This document shows, piece after piece, positions 1 to 10,368 of a stretch of 64,000 nt of DNA; position 1 is the first letter of the stretch; every line of letters begins with the position of its first letter. This DNA is from Alphaproteobacteria bacterium. GTDB taxonomy: Bacteria > Pseudomonadota > Alphaproteobacteria > CAISOG01. Both the position numbers and the translations under genes were made by a program. Under the pieces are notes generated by a model. It worked only from the letters and a program-made list of their open reading frames with translations, was not told the origin of the DNA and searched no databases. The stretch covers positions 1,907 through 65,906 of the forward strand of contig JBILMH010000003.1 in the NCBI GenBank assembly GCA_044375625.1. Reading direction: 5' to 3'.

Positions 1-158
1 GTCAAGTGCTGACCCTGAACAGTTTCAGCGGTACCGCCACCATCATCTATCGCCCCAGCCTTACCATGCGGGTGGTTGATTGGCGGCTGATGGCCAAGGA
101 AGCCGCGCGCGGGCAGCGCCCCCAAGCCAATTGGCGCTTAGAATTATCGGAAATTTAG
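1..158 (+). CDS. 3' end of an upstream phage-region gene (partial; frame +3, stop TAG at 156-158)
   Basis: Open frame from the window edge ends 3 bp before the next gene's ATG (161), which looks like operon packing. No homology recognised. Confidence 0.3.
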   Translation, partial: QVLTLNSFSGTATIIYRPSLTMRVVDWRLMAKEAARGQRPQANWRLELSEI

Positions 159-160
159 TG

Positions 161-2080
161 ATGTTGTATTTTGCCTGGGTCAATGCCAATGAGCTGTGGA
201 ATGCGGCCATTCATGCGCGGGAAGATGCCCAACTGTTGCGCGTGGATTTGCAGCAGCAGGAGGGGCAGGCCGCCGAGTTGCAAGTGTTGATCAAAAATCC
301 TGGCCAAGGGTTGTTGGCGCCTGGTCGCAAAACCCGCGCCTTTTTAAGCTATCAAGCCGAGGGGCAAACGGCGGTGCAGCTGTTGTTCGCGGGGCAAGTG
401 GTGGGGGTGGCCATGCTGGCGGGGGATCGGTTGGCCACGGTAACGCTTACCGCGCTGCCCAATCAGTCGGTACAGCTGTTGCAACAGTTGCACAACAGCC
501 TAAAGGTTGCCCCCTATTGGGACGATTTGTTTGTAATTCCCAGCCGCCGCGAGGATCCCGCCCAGGGGTTGTTGGCACGCGAAGCGGTGTATTATTGGGA
601 TAAGATTCATGGCACGGTTGCGCTGAGTGGGCTGTTTGCCGGATCACAAAGCCTGACGCTGAGCGGTCAGTTTTTTCAGGACAGCCTGAAGCTGGCAATC
701 GGTAAGCCGCCGCTAAGCGCGGTGAAAATGACCGTGGTGGCGGAATGGGTGCAGCGGGCGAATGGGATTGCCAACATCACCAAAAGGGTGGAGCGAGCCT
801 TTCCAGGGCAGCTGGTCAACAGCCTGAGCGGAGAGGATTTGGTCGCCCGCTGGCCATCGGCTTCCAAACTAATCAACGGCCAGTCGGGCTATCAGGTTGA
901 GGAAGCCAGCCTGGTTGAATACACCCCGCCCGCCAACAGCTATCCAACCGTCAGCGTGCCCGTGCAAGTGGCGGTTGATGAGTACCCCTATCCCGTGGGG
1001 GTCAGCAATCCTGGTGGCGATAGCCGCGAGGTGTTTGTAAAGCGTTGGTGGTTTAAGGCGAAACTGGCGCTGCGTTGGCGGTATCGCCAGCATCGGCGTG
1101 AGGAATTAAGCTTTAGCCTATCGCATGGGGTGCAGGGATTGGTGCCCAGTGGCGGCCAAGTGCAGGCAATTAATGTCACCCTGCAAGAGGTGCTGTTGGA
1201 TACCGTGACCGCGCTGTGGCAGGCGGGTCAGGGCTATAGCGTTGGCCAAAAGGTGCGGCATGGGGAGTTTGTTTATCAATGCCTGTTGGCGCATACCGCC
1301 GATGCCAGCTTTGGCAATGACCAAGCCGCCAACCGTTGGCAGCAATTGGCCGCCGATGGTAGCGCGCTGGGGGCGGGGTGGCGTGCCAGCTTTTTTAGCA
1401 CCAATCGCGGTCGTCAGGCTGTGCATCACGCGATCGAGCGGGCGCGGGTTGCCCTGGCAAAATCGGCGCGGGTGGTGCGGGTGACGGTAAAGGCGGCCTG
1501 GTCAGAATTGCAGACGGTTACGTTGGATCACAGTGTCACCATCAGTGATGCCCGCCTGCCCGGTGGAGCGGTGACGGGCAAGGTGGTGGCGCTTAGGTTC
1601 TACAGCGATGGCGACAGCGGCGAACGATGGGCAGAGGTGACGATAGCCTGTGCAGTGGGTACGGGGGCGGCGGCTGGCCAGCCTGCATCCGGTGTGGGCA
1701 GCTATGTGGCGGATCCCTATGTCGATTCGGGCTATCAACCCAACGTTGGTCGGCAAGAGGTAACGGTTGGCGGGGTGGTGTATGATGATTTTTCAGACCA
1801 GATTACCCCCAATGGCCTGCTGTATCCCACCAATCTGGCGGCGGTCGATTTGGTGCGTAAGGTCACCGTGATCAATAGCCCCGATGACCAGAACGCCTAT
1901 TTGTTGGCCAATCAGTTTCCCGAACGCCGCAATTTGAAGGCCTTGGTTAATGGAAAAAAGACCACGGTTCAGTTGGAACTGATGGATTTGACGGCTGATG
2001 ACCAATTGCGGCAGGTGATTGCGGTCAACATTCCTGGCGGATGGGCCAGCCCGCGACAGATTGATTTGGAATCGGCGTAG
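161..2080 (+). CDS. Phage-derived structural (tail-associated) hypothetical protein, about 639 aa
   Basis: Long ORF with ATG at 161 (the ORF track's TTG at 80 follows an in-frame stop at 77-79). It is co-oriented and tightly packed with the tail-fibre and lysis genes downstream. No family recognised. Confidence 0.5.
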   Translation: MLYFAWVNANELWNAAIHAREDAQLLRVDLQQQEGQAAELQVLIKNPGQGLLAPGRKTRAFLSYQAEGQTAVQLLFAGQVVGVAMLAGDRLATVTLTALPNQSVQLLQQLHNSLKVAPYWDDLFVIPSRREDPAQGLLAREAVYYWDKIHGTVALSGLFAGSQSLTLSGQFFQDSLKLAIGKPPLSAVKMTVVAEWVQRANGIANITKRVERAFPGQLVNSLSGEDLVARWPSASKLINGQSGYQVEEASLVEYTPPANSYPTVSVPVQVAVDEYPYPVGVSNPGGDSREVFVKRWWFKAKLALRWRYRQHRREELSFSLSHGVQGLVPSGGQVQAINVTLQEVLLDTVTALWQAGQGYSVGQKVRHGEFVYQCLLAHTADASFGNDQAANRWQQLAADGSALGAGWRASFFSTNRGRQAVHHAIERARVALAKSARVVRVTVKAAWSELQTVTLDHSVTISDARLPGGAVTGKVVALRFYSDGDSGERWAEVTIACAVGTGAAAGQPASGVGSYVADPYVDSGYQPNVGRQEVTVGGVVYDDFSDQITPNGLLYPTNLAAVDLVRKVTVINSPDDQNAYLLANQFPERRNLKALVNGKKTTVQLELMDLTADDQLRQVIAVNIPGGWASPRQIDLESA

Positions 2081-2192
2081 GCGGCAGTCGTCGTCGCCAG
2101 TCGTCGGGGGGTGTGGGCGGCAAGTTTTCACAAAAGGGGTGTTTCGGTTGTGGCGGAAGTGCCCTTTTTCTTTGACATGAGGAATGGAAGTA

Positions 2193-3365
2193 ATGGCGAC
2201 GGTTGATCCGACACTGATCACCCAAACGGTGGCTGGCTATCAAGAGGCGGCAACCCGGGGGGAGAATCCCGATCGAGCTTGGTTGGATTTGGCGGCTGCA
2301 CAGGGCAGTGATGCGGTGACCATCATTGATCCCTATGCGGCGGCCAACCTGCCCGCTGAATTGCGGTTGCGGGCAAGCCTGGTTCCTGTGCTGGTGGCAG
2401 CAACCAACAGTGCTCAGGCACAATTGTTGGCCATTGGCGCGCCCAGCAATCCGCCCGCGATTAATCTGTATCAAAACACTGGCCGCTTTGGTGGCGCCGG
2501 CATGGTTAATGATGAGGCCTTTTACGCGCAGGAACGGTTGCGTACCATCAGCGCCTTAAAGCTGGTTTATAACAATGTTTTTGCCTGGAAAGCCCTGGGC
2601 GGTAGCCAGCTGTTTAGCGGATCGGGAACGGTGGTTAATGGTTACCCCCTGCAATTGGGTGCCGGCAATCTGATTTACCAAAAGCCCTTTGCGGTGCAGG
2701 CCAGTGGCAGTTTAACCACCCTTAGCCTGTATTACAGCTTTAACAATGTGCTGAATTACTACGCGGCGCAAACCGATACGGCTTTTGCCAGCGTGCCCGC
2801 CGCCAAATTGGTGTCGCCCTTGGATAGTGCCTACAGCGGTTCGTCCAGCAGTTGGCAAGCGATAAGATTAAGCAGTGGCAGCGAGGTGTTGACGTCGGTG
2901 ATGCCAACCAACATTGTCAACCGCCAATTCTATCGCGCTTATGGCGGGGACTATCTGGTCGGATTAACCGCCGATAAGATTCGCCAGAAATGCTTTCGTA
3001 TCAGTGCCTTGGCCTGGAGCGATAGCGGTAGTGGTGATTACGAATGGAACAGCATGATGTTTCAGGTCAGCGCCCCATCCTGGGGATTGGGAGGATTTCG
3101 TACCCGCATTGGCGCCCCCAGCGATTTGTTGAGATATGAGGAGGTTTTGGCTATCGGAAGCCATCTTAGCCCCACGGATTACAGCGCGTCTGAACAAATT
3201 ATCAGCCTGGCCAGCGCGCTAAGCCAGGGGATGGCAACGGTGCAACTGCGCGTGGGTACCGATAGCCAGGGGCAACCAATCTTAAGTCAATACAAATCGG
3301 TGGATTGGAGTCACCCCGGCGGTGATGCCAGCCTTATTGATGTGACCTTTGTGCCCGCGACCTAA
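2193..3365 (+). CDS. Phage-derived hypothetical structural protein, about 390 aa
   Basis: ATG at 2193 with GAGGA about 9 nt upstream (the 2184 ATG has no spacing to the SD). Ser/Gly/Ala-rich, beta-rich composition typical of tail proteins. Confidence 0.5.
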   Translation: MATVDPTLITQTVAGYQEAATRGENPDRAWLDLAAAQGSDAVTIIDPYAAANLPAELRLRASLVPVLVAATNSAQAQLLAIGAPSNPPAINLYQNTGRFGGAGMVNDEAFYAQERLRTISALKLVYNNVFAWKALGGSQLFSGSGTVVNGYPLQLGAGNLIYQKPFAVQASGSLTTLSLYYSFNNVLNYYAAQTDTAFASVPAAKLVSPLDSAYSGSSSSWQAIRLSSGSEVLTSVMPTNIVNRQFYRAYGGDYLVGLTADKIRQKCFRISALAWSDSGSGDYEWNSMMFQVSAPSWGLGGFRTRIGAPSDLLRYEEVLAIGSHLSPTDYSASEQIISLASALSQGMATVQLRVGTDSQGQPILSQYKSVDWSHPGGDASLIDVTFVPAT

Positions 3366-3483
3366 GTTTGCCTGTGGCCTGAAAAGCAAGGGCGCCGATG
3401 GGGCTTCATGCTCTAGCGGGCGCCAAATGCAATACGCAATGACTGTTGAACAACTATAACCCCCTAACCTATTGGAGTGGATA

Positions 3484-5091
3484 ATGACGATTGTGCTGAG
3501 AAATACTAAGGGATCGGCGCTGACCATTACCGAACTGGATGGCAATTTTAGCCAGCTGGAGGCAAGGCTGCAAAGCCTGGAACTGAATCCCCCCTTGGCG
3601 GAGAGCATCGGAACGATAACCGTTAGCGGCGATCAACTGACCATCATGGGGGATCGTGGCACCAACCTGGGAACCTTTACCCTGCCCGTTGCGCAATTGG
3701 TTGCACGCGGGGTTTGGGCGACTGCCACCGCCTATGCCAAGCTGCACACCGTTAACGCGCCCGATGGCCATGGGTATGTCTGTTTGGCGCCCCATACGAG
3801 CACGAGTTTTGCCAGTGACCTGGCCGTTAATCTCTGGGCCAAGCTGGTTAATGCTGGTGCGGCTGGCCCGCAGGGACCTGCAGGCGCAACTGGGGCAACT
3901 GGCGCTACGGGTGCAACTGGCGCTACGGGTGCAACAGGGGCTACAGGGCCACAGGGGCCGGCCGGCACCATGGCCAACATGCCTGGCAACACCTTAAAGG
4001 GTAATAACACGGGGGTTAGCGCCGCCCCAACGGATTTAACGGCGGCGCAGGTTACCGCCATGCTGAATACGGTTGTTGGCGATGCGGGCAGCGGCGGCGC
4101 CAAGGGTTTGGTACCCGCCCCCGCCACAGGGGATGCAGCCGCGGGCAGATTTCTGAGAGCGGATGGCAGCTGGGCGGTTCCTGCATCAGGTGGCGGTGGC
4201 GCTGTAGGCGGCAGCGTGGGGCAGTTGCAATACAACAACAGCGGCAGCTTTGGTGGTGCCAGCAGCGTAAGGGTCATCGGCGCGGGCAGTGGGCTAAATT
4301 TCACGGGGGTGGCAATGCCAGCCGCCGCCACCGCATCAACCGTCAATTTGTTTGCCAGCAATGAATTGGGCAGAGCGTTTTTGACGGTGCGTGATGATAC
4401 CGCTTCGGAAGCGTTTTTGCAGGAAAGCTTGGCGCATCGATCGGTGGCGCAATGGTTGCCCTTTGGCAGTAGTGCCCATGCCACCATCGGCATGCAAACC
4501 GATGACCGTGGGACGGTGACAGGCGCATTTGATGCCAGCATCGGTCATTACTGGCAACATGCCAGCGCGGCCATCGCCAATACGGAGGCGTTGACGGGGG
4601 GGCTGATGGCGTCGGTGTGCCGTAATCTTGGGTTTTATTATGCCGCCACCATGCGGTTCCCCGATGCAAACTATGGTAGCGGTGCAACAGGTGCCAGGCT
4701 GGCGGCGGGGGTGGTAGCAAGCAATCTGAGCAATTTGGTAATCGGCGATACCATGGGCGCGGCGGGATGCGGGTTTCAATACTCCACCAGTCGCGGCGAT
4801 ACCAACTGGCAATTTTTGACCCATGACGGCACCAGCCAAAGTAGGGTTGATACCAACATGGCTTTTGCGGTTGCCAAGTTGTTTCAGTTAGAGATTTTTT
4901 GTGCCCCTACAGGCGGTATGATATTTTGGCGCATCAAAAACCTAACCGATGGCACTGCGCAAAGTGGAAGCGTAACGGTGACTTTGCCACCAACAACTAC
5001 GGCTTTATTTGTCATGGGTGGCCTGCGCACCCTGACCACCGCCATAAGAAATGTGCAGTTTAAAAGAGTATATATGATGGGCTTGACTTAA
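3484..5091 (+). CDS. Phage tail fibre protein with collagen-like Gly-X-Y repeat
   Basis: Protein carries GPQGPAGATGATGATGATGATGATGATGPQGPAG (imperfect 9-bp DNA repeats, about 3865-3966). ATG at 3484 is preceded by GGAG. A Gly-rich receptor-binding-like C-terminal region follows. Confidence 0.6.
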   Translation: MTIVLRNTKGSALTITELDGNFSQLEARLQSLELNPPLAESIGTITVSGDQLTIMGDRGTNLGTFTLPVAQLVARGVWATATAYAKLHTVNAPDGHGYVCLAPHTSTSFASDLAVNLWAKLVNAGAAGPQGPAGATGATGATGATGATGATGATGPQGPAGTMANMPGNTLKGNNTGVSAAPTDLTAAQVTAMLNTVVGDAGSGGAKGLVPAPATGDAAAGRFLRADGSWAVPASGGGGAVGGSVGQLQYNNSGSFGGASSVRVIGAGSGLNFTGVAMPAAATASTVNLFASNELGRAFLTVRDDTASEAFLQESLAHRSVAQWLPFGSSAHATIGMQTDDRGTVTGAFDASIGHYWQHASAAIANTEALTGGLMASVCRNLGFYYAATMRFPDANYGSGATGARLAAGVVASNLSNLVIGDTMGAAGCGFQYSTSRGDTNWQFLTHDGTSQSRVDTNMAFAVAKLFQLEIFCAPTGGMIFWRIKNLTDGTAQSGSVTVTLPPTTTALFVMGGLRTLTTAIRNVQFKRVYMMGLT

Positions 5092-5160
5092 AAATTATAG
5101 ATAAACACTACAAATCATTTTGCAAAATATTTAAAACTTTACTCTTATTTAACTAATGTC

Positions 5161-5418
5161 ATGGATAAAAACACAATAAATACGTTGGAACGGTTGTTGG
5201 AGCAGGCGGCTAGCCGTGGTGCCAAACAGGCGTTGTTTGAATTGGGGCTGCATGGGGAAGAGTTGGATAAGGATTTGCGGGATCTGCGTGGTCTTTTGGA
5301 TGGTTGGCGCATGGCCAAGCGTACGATTGGGCAGACACTGTTGCGCACCTTAACCGTTGCCCTGCTGGCAGGAATGCTGACGGGCGTGTTGGTGAAGTTA
5401 AAATTGGTATCAAATTAA
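5161..5418 (+). CDS. Small phage protein with C-terminal transmembrane helix (lysis-cassette associated?)
   Basis: 85 aa with a hydrophilic N-terminus and a C-terminal TM (LLRTLTVALLAGMLTGVLV). It sits immediately upstream of the endolysin. Confidence 0.4.
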   Translation: MDKNTINTLERLLEQAASRGAKQALFELGLHGEELDKDLRDLRGLLDGWRMAKRTIGQTLLRTLTVALLAGMLTGVLVKLKLVSN

Positions 5419-5441
5419 ACTAAATCTATTGGAACAACAGC

Positions 5442-5930
5442 ATGAGTGATGTATTTGATTGGGCAATTGAGGTGGTTTTAAGACATGAAGGTGGCTATCG
5501 CCAAAGTCACCATAATCCCGAAGACGAAAGCCAGTTTGGTCTTTCCAAACGCCTATATCCCACTTTGGATATTCATCAGTTAAGCCGTGAACAGGCGGTT
5601 GAGATTTATCGTCGTGACTGGTGGCATGCCTATGGTTACAGCCAGATCAAAGACATCATGTTGGCAACCAAATTGTTGGATTTGTCGGTACAGCTGGGGG
5701 CGGGAACGGCGCATCGGATTATTCAGCGCGCCTTAAGGGCATCGGGTTTTGGTGTGGTTGAGGATGGGGTGTTGGGCGCCAAAACTTTGAAGGCTGTCAA
5801 CCAAACCATGCCATCCTCGCTGTTGGCCGCGCTGCGGGCTGAGGCGGCTGGCTATTGTCGATGGCTGGCACAGCGGTGCCCCGAATTGGAACAAAATTTG
5901 GAAGGATGGTTAAAACGTGCCTATGCCTAA
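5442..5930 (+). CDS. Phage endolysin, GH108 lysozyme domain plus PG_binding_3 domain
   Basis: N-terminal HEGGY motif (GH108 catalytic EGGY) followed by a peptidoglycan-binding region, about 160 aa. Its stop overlaps the start of the next gene. Confidence 0.8.
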   Translation: MSDVFDWAIEVVLRHEGGYRQSHHNPEDESQFGLSKRLYPTLDIHQLSREQAVEIYRRDWWHAYGYSQIKDIMLATKLLDLSVQLGAGTAHRIIQRALRASGFGVVEDGVLGAKTLKAVNQTMPSSLLAALRAEAAGYCRWLAQRCPELEQNLEGWLKRAYA

Positions 5931-6339
5931 TAGTGTTAATGATCTTGCGTTGGGGCAAGCGATTGCAAGCCCCATCAGTGCCTTTGGCGACTTGTTGGAC
6001 AAACTGTTTACATCAGATGACGAACGGTTGGATAAACAGGCGGTTTTGGCGCGTATCGCCCAAATGCCTGATCAGTTGCAGGTGATGTTGAACATGACCG
6101 AAGCGCAACATCGCAGCGTTTTTGTGGCGGGATGGCGGCCGTTTATCGGTTGGTGCTGTGGTTTTGGCATATGCTGGACCTATCTGGGTCATCCGATTTT
6201 CAGCTGGGCAGCAGCGCTTTTTTGGCCTGGGGTACAGCCGCCAGCCATCAATGCGGATCACCTGATGGAATTGGTTTTGGCCATGTTGGGGATGAGCGGC
6301 CTTAGGACTTTTGAGAAAATTAAGGGCGCGGCAAGCTGA
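5917..6339 (+). CDS. Holin, 3-TM family (GTA/phage 'holin of 3TMs' type)
   Basis: 140 aa with an N-terminal soluble region and three hydrophobic segments (FIGWCCGFGICWTYL, IFSWAAALFWPGV, LMELVLAMLGMSGL). Overlaps the endolysin stop (GTG 5917 or ATG 5923). Confidence 0.6.
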   Translation: MPMPNSVNDLALGQAIASPISAFGDLLDKLFTSDDERLDKQAVLARIAQMPDQLQVMLNMTEAQHRSVFVAGWRPFIGWCCGFGICWTYLGHPIFSWAAALFWPGVQPPAINADHLMELVLAMLGMSGLRTFEKIKGAAS

Positions 6340-6765
6340 TTATTTCACAAAGATGGTAATGGGCTGGCTGTAGACTGGGGGGTTGTGGGGGATGTGCGTC
6401 CAATCGCCCATCAACAGTTGCAGGGTGTGTTTGCCTGGCAACAGGTGCAGTTCGATTTCCGTCTGCCCTTTGCCGAAATGCAGATGGTTCGCATCATTGG
6501 GGATTGGCTCATCCAGTTGCGGCAGGGGGGCATCAATCAACAGATGATGGTGTCCCGTCCCTGGTTTGTCCACGCCCGCGGGGGCAAGTGTCATGTTTTT
6601 TAGGCCAAAGCGCACCACCACAGGGTTGCTGACGGTGGCGCCATCCTGTGGGGAGAGGAAGAAGACTTGCGGCTTGGCGGTTGGGGGCTGAGCCAAGGCG
6701 GGGCAGTAAGGCATTAGAAGCGCACCAACGATGGCCAGGCAGGCCAGGAGGGTTTTGGTGGTCAC
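6340..6765 (-). CDS. Small secreted protein (signal peptide), tentatively DUF4399-like
   Basis: Signal peptide MTTKTLLACLAIVGALLMPYCPALA and a GTGHHHLLID segment. Family name recalled from memory only. Confidence 0.5.
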   Translation of the reverse strand: MTTKTLLACLAIVGALLMPYCPALAQPPTAKPQVFFLSPQDGATVSNPVVVRFGLKNMTLAPAGVDKPGTGHHHLLIDAPLPQLDEPIPNDANHLHFGKGQTEIELHLLPGKHTLQLLMGDWTHIPHNPPVYSQPITIFVK

Positions 6766-6820
6766 CAGGAAGCCTCCGTTAACAGGGGAATTGGTAGGGG
6801 AATGACCTATCCAGAATAGC

Positions 6821-8119
6821 CTATCCCACCATCAGGCGAAAGCGGCGTTTTTTGCCTAGGCTTAACACCGCCTCAACCGATGGGGCGGCGAACAGATTGA
6901 CGGGCAGGGTGGCGTTAATATCTTTGATCACCGCATCGCCCAGCCGAACCCCCCCCTGTTCAATCAGACGGCGGGCGTCTGAGCGGGTTCCAGCCGTGCC
7001 GGTTTGCATAATCAGATCGATGATTGACACACCCATGGCCAAGTCCTGAGGTTGGATTTGTAGGGTTGGCAGGTTGTCGATGCCAGCCCCCCCTGCGGAT
7101 CCTCCATGGCCACCAGCATAGGCCGCCTGTGCCGCCGCCGCTGCCTGAAGGGCGGCTTCACGGCCATGAACCAGCGCGGTAACCTCTGTTGCCAATAGCT
7201 TTTTGCCCTCGTTCAGCTCCGCCCCATGCACGCTGTCCCAGCGCTGCAACTCGGCCAGGGGCAGCTCCGTAAAGATTTTCAAAAAGCGCGCCACATCGGT
7301 ATCCTCAGTGTTGCGCCAATATTGCCAAAAATCGAACACGGGGGTTTTGGTAGCGTCCAGCCAGACCGCGTTGCCAGCCGACTTGCCAAATTTTGCCCCG
7401 CTGGCCGTGGTCAACAGCGCGCAGGTTTGGCCAAAAACCTCCTGCCCCACCAGGCGTCGTGCCAGGTCAACCCCCATCACGATGTTGCCCCATTGGTCGG
7501 ATCCGCCCATTTGTAGGCGGCAACCATAGCGGCGATAAAGCTCAACGAAATCATAACCCTGCAACAAGGGATAGTTGAACTCCAGAAAGCTAAGATTCTG
7601 TTCGCGATCCAGACGGCGTTTGATGCCCTCCAGCGTCAGCATGCGGTTTACCGACACATGCCGCCCGATATCGCGCAGAAAATCCAAATAACCAATGCCA
7701 TCCAACCAATCGGCGTTATCCACCATGATCGCTCCGTCGGCCGAATCGTCGAACCGAAGCAATTGTGCGGCCTGCCCCGCGATTTTGCTGATGTTGGCCT
7801 GAATGCTGGTGGTATCCAGCAGTGGTCGTGCCTCATCCTTATCCGACGGATCACCGATTTTGGTGGTGCCTCCTCCTAGCAAGACGATCGGGCGATGGCC
7901 AAAGCGTTGCAGCCAGCGCAAGCGGATTAGTTGCAAAAAATTGCCCAGTTGCAGGCTATCTGCGGTTGCGTCAAAGCCTATATAGCCTGTCACCACCCCG
8001 TTGGTCAGGGCGGCGTCCAGCCCAGCCAGGTCGGTTGTCTGATAAATCAGGCCGCGCCCGTGCAGTTCGCGCAGCAGTTCGGATTGAAGCGGTGTATCGG
8101 TCATGCCGCTAGTAAACAA
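6821..8119 (-). CDS. tyrS: Tyrosine--tRNA ligase
   Basis: HIGH-region GFDATADSLQLGN, KMSKS-like KFGKS, and a C-terminal S4-like domain. Confidence 0.9.
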   Translation of the reverse strand: MFTSGMTDTPLQSELLRELHGRGLIYQTTDLAGLDAALTNGVVTGYIGFDATADSLQLGNFLQLIRLRWLQRFGHRPIVLLGGGTTKIGDPSDKDEARPLLDTTSIQANISKIAGQAAQLLRFDDSADGAIMVDNADWLDGIGYLDFLRDIGRHVSVNRMLTLEGIKRRLDREQNLSFLEFNYPLLQGYDFVELYRRYGCRLQMGGSDQWGNIVMGVDLARRLVGQEVFGQTCALLTTASGAKFGKSAGNAVWLDATKTPVFDFWQYWRNTEDTDVARFLKIFTELPLAELQRWDSVHGAELNEGKKLLATEVTALVHGREAALQAAAAAQAAYAGGHGGSAGGAGIDNLPTLQIQPQDLAMGVSIIDLIMQTGTAGTRSDARRLIEQGGVRLGDAVIKDINATLPVNLFAAPSVEAVLSLGKKRRFRLMVG

Positions 8120-8146
8120 AACTTTGCCATGCTGAGCAAGCGGTGC

Positions 8147-10180
8147 TTAACCACTCAGCGCTTGGCGTACTGCCGTGACGATACTGGCGCTGTCCAAGCC
8201 AGCCTCCGCCAGTTGTTCAGTCTGGCTGGCATGGTCGATAAAGCGGTCGGGCAGGGTCAGCGTGCGCAGGCGTGGCGCTGTGGCCGCCCCCGTACCCCCA
8301 TCCATCCAGCCGCGTTGGTGGGCGGTGTGCAGCACCAGGCTGCCGAATCCGCCCTGCGCCCCCTCCTCCACCGTGATCAGCAGCTGATGATGATGCAACA
8401 GTTGTTGCAGCAGGTCTTCATCCAGCGGTTTGGCAAAGCGGGCATCGGCCACCGTTACCCCTATGCCATGCTGATTTTCAAGAATCTGCGCCGCGCTGAG
8501 GCAATCGGCCAGGCGGCTACCGTAGCACAGCAGGGCAGCTTTGGTGGGCGCTGAGCTGGCGGTTGCTTCACGCACCACCCGCCCGCGGCCAATCGGCAAA
8601 GCCTGAGAGACAGGCGGCAGGGTAACCCCCGTGCCAGAGCCGCGTGGGTAGCGAATCGCGCTGGGCCCCGCATCATATTGCTGCATGGTGGTCAGCATCG
8701 CCGCCAACTCCGCCTCATCGCTGGGCGCCATCAGCACCATATTGGGCAGGCAGCCGAGATAGGCGATGTCGAAACTGCCCGCATGGGTAGCGCCGTCCGC
8801 ACCAACCAACCCCGCCCGATCCAGGCAAAATCGTACGGGTAAGTTCTGCAGGGCAACGTCATGGACGATCTGGTCATAGGCACGCTGCAGAAAAGTCGAG
8901 TAGATGGCGACAAAGGGGCGAAACCCTTCGCAGGCCAGGCCGGCGGCAAAGGTCACCGCATGCTGCTCCGCGATACCAACGTCAAAGCAGCGGGTGGGAT
9001 AACGGGCGGCAAAGTGGGTCAGCCCCGTGCCGCTGGGCATGGCGGCGGTAATGGCTACCAGCCGCGGGTCATCGGCGGCCAGCTGGGTCAGGGTGTCGCC
9101 AAACACCTGGCTATAGCTGGGCGCTGATGGTTTGGGCTTTTGCTGCACCCCTGTTGCGACATCAAAGGGGGTGACGCCGTGATATTTGTCGGCGGCGGCC
9201 TCAGCCGGTGGATAGCCCTTACCCTTTTGGGTGATGACATGCAGCAAGACGGGACGGTCAAAAGGCTGCTCCCGCAGATTGCTCAAGATCGTTACCAGCT
9301 GATCCAGGCGGTGACCATCAACGGGGCCGAGATAGTGAAAGCCGAGGGCGGTGAACAGATTGCCGTCGCTGAGAAATTTTTCCACGCGATCTTCGGCCTC
9401 AACCGCCAATTTGCGCAACGGATTGGGTAGTCGGCGCAACAGCTGTTTGGCCAGGTCGTGCGCGCCGCGCATGGGGCTGGAAGTAACCAGTCGTGCCAGA
9501 TAGCTGGACACTGCCCCCACCGCGGGGTCAATCGAAATGCTGTTGTCGTTGAGGATGACCAGCAGGCGGCTGGGATGACGCTCTGAAGGGGGGGCAGATG
9601 AATCGGTAGATGTCTCAGCATCGGCAATACCCGCCGCTACCCCCGCGTTGTTGAGGGCTTCATAGGCCATGCCAGCCGACAGGGCGCCATCGCCGATTAC
9701 CGCAATCACCTGCCGCTGGCTGCCCTGCAAATCGCGGCCAACCGCCATCCCCAACGCGGCGGAGATAGAGGTGGAGCTGTGAGCGGTGCCGAAAGGATCA
9801 AACGCGCTCTCACTGCGTTTGGTAAAGCCCGACAGCCCGCCCGCTTGCCGCAATTTTTGCATGCCATCACGGCGGCCAGTTAAAATTTTGTGCGGATAGG
9901 CCTGGTGACCAACGTCCCAAATCAGGCGGTCTTCGGGGGTGTTGAACACATGGTGCAGGGCAATGGTCAGCTCCACCACCCCCAGGCTGGCACCCAAATG
10001 GCCGCCAGTCTGGCTGACCAGTCGGATGGTTTCAGTGCGCAATTCAGCCGCCAACTGCTCCAACTGCGGCAAGGACATGCGGCGCAGGTCGGCGGGCGTC
10101 GCCGTGGCGTCAAGCAGGGGGGTGGAGGGAAGCGGTGCAGTCATGGCGGCCATGCTAACCCCGCTTGTGGTCAGCGGCAA
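8147..10180 (-). CDS. dxs: 1-deoxy-D-xylulose-5-phosphate synthase
   Basis: N-terminal Dxs signature ([51 protein letters not shown]) and a TPP-binding GDG motif. 677 aa, with a low-complexity insertion. Confidence 0.9.
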   Translation of the reverse strand: MPLTTSGVSMAAMTAPLPSTPLLDATATPADLRRMSLPQLEQLAAELRTETIRLVSQTGGHLGASLGVVELTIALHHVFNTPEDRLIWDVGHQAYPHKILTGRRDGMQKLRQAGGLSGFTKRSESAFDPFGTAHSSTSISAALGMAVGRDLQGSQRQVIAVIGDGALSAGMAYEALNNAGVAAGIADAETSTDSSAPPSERHPSRLLVILNDNSISIDPAVGAVSSYLARLVTSSPMRGAHDLAKQLLRRLPNPLRKLAVEAEDRVEKFLSDGNLFTALGFHYLGPVDGHRLDQLVTILSNLREQPFDRPVLLHVITQKGKGYPPAEAAADKYHGVTPFDVATGVQQKPKPSAPSYSQVFGDTLTQLAADDPRLVAITAAMPSGTGLTHFAARYPTRCFDVGIAEQHAVTFAAGLACEGFRPFVAIYSTFLQRAYDQIVHDVALQNLPVRFCLDRAGLVGADGATHAGSFDIAYLGCLPNMVLMAPSDEAELAAMLTTMQQYDAGPSAIRYPRGSGTGVTLPPVSQALPIGRGRVVREATASSAPTKAALLCYGSRLADCLSAAQILENQHGIGVTVADARFAKPLDEDLLQQLLHHHQLLITVEEGAQGGFGSLVLHTAHQRGWMDGGTGAATAPRLRTLTLPDRFIDHASQTEQLAEAGLDSASIVTAVRQALSG

Positions 10181-10368
10181 GAGTGTGGGGGGAATAGGGT
10201 TGTGAAAACGGATCAGGTGATGGCCTAGCAGCCAAGTTTTGCCGAAACCGCAGCGGGGGCACTTGCAGGCGGGCTGGTTCCGTGGGATATGACGGGGTAT
10301 AAGGGGAAAGGCCGTAGGGCTTTTATCCCAGAATTAACAAAAGACCCCGATGCAGGAGCGCCCCCCCG

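Noticed and set aside
3732-4541. 269-aa minus-strand ORF with a PVAPVAPVAP repeat
   Set aside because: A mirror-frame artefact of the collagen-like repeat in the tail-fibre gene.
7931-8554. 207-aa plus-strand ORF overlapping the tyrS/dxs region
   Set aside because: Antisense to two strongly supported genes, with no homology.
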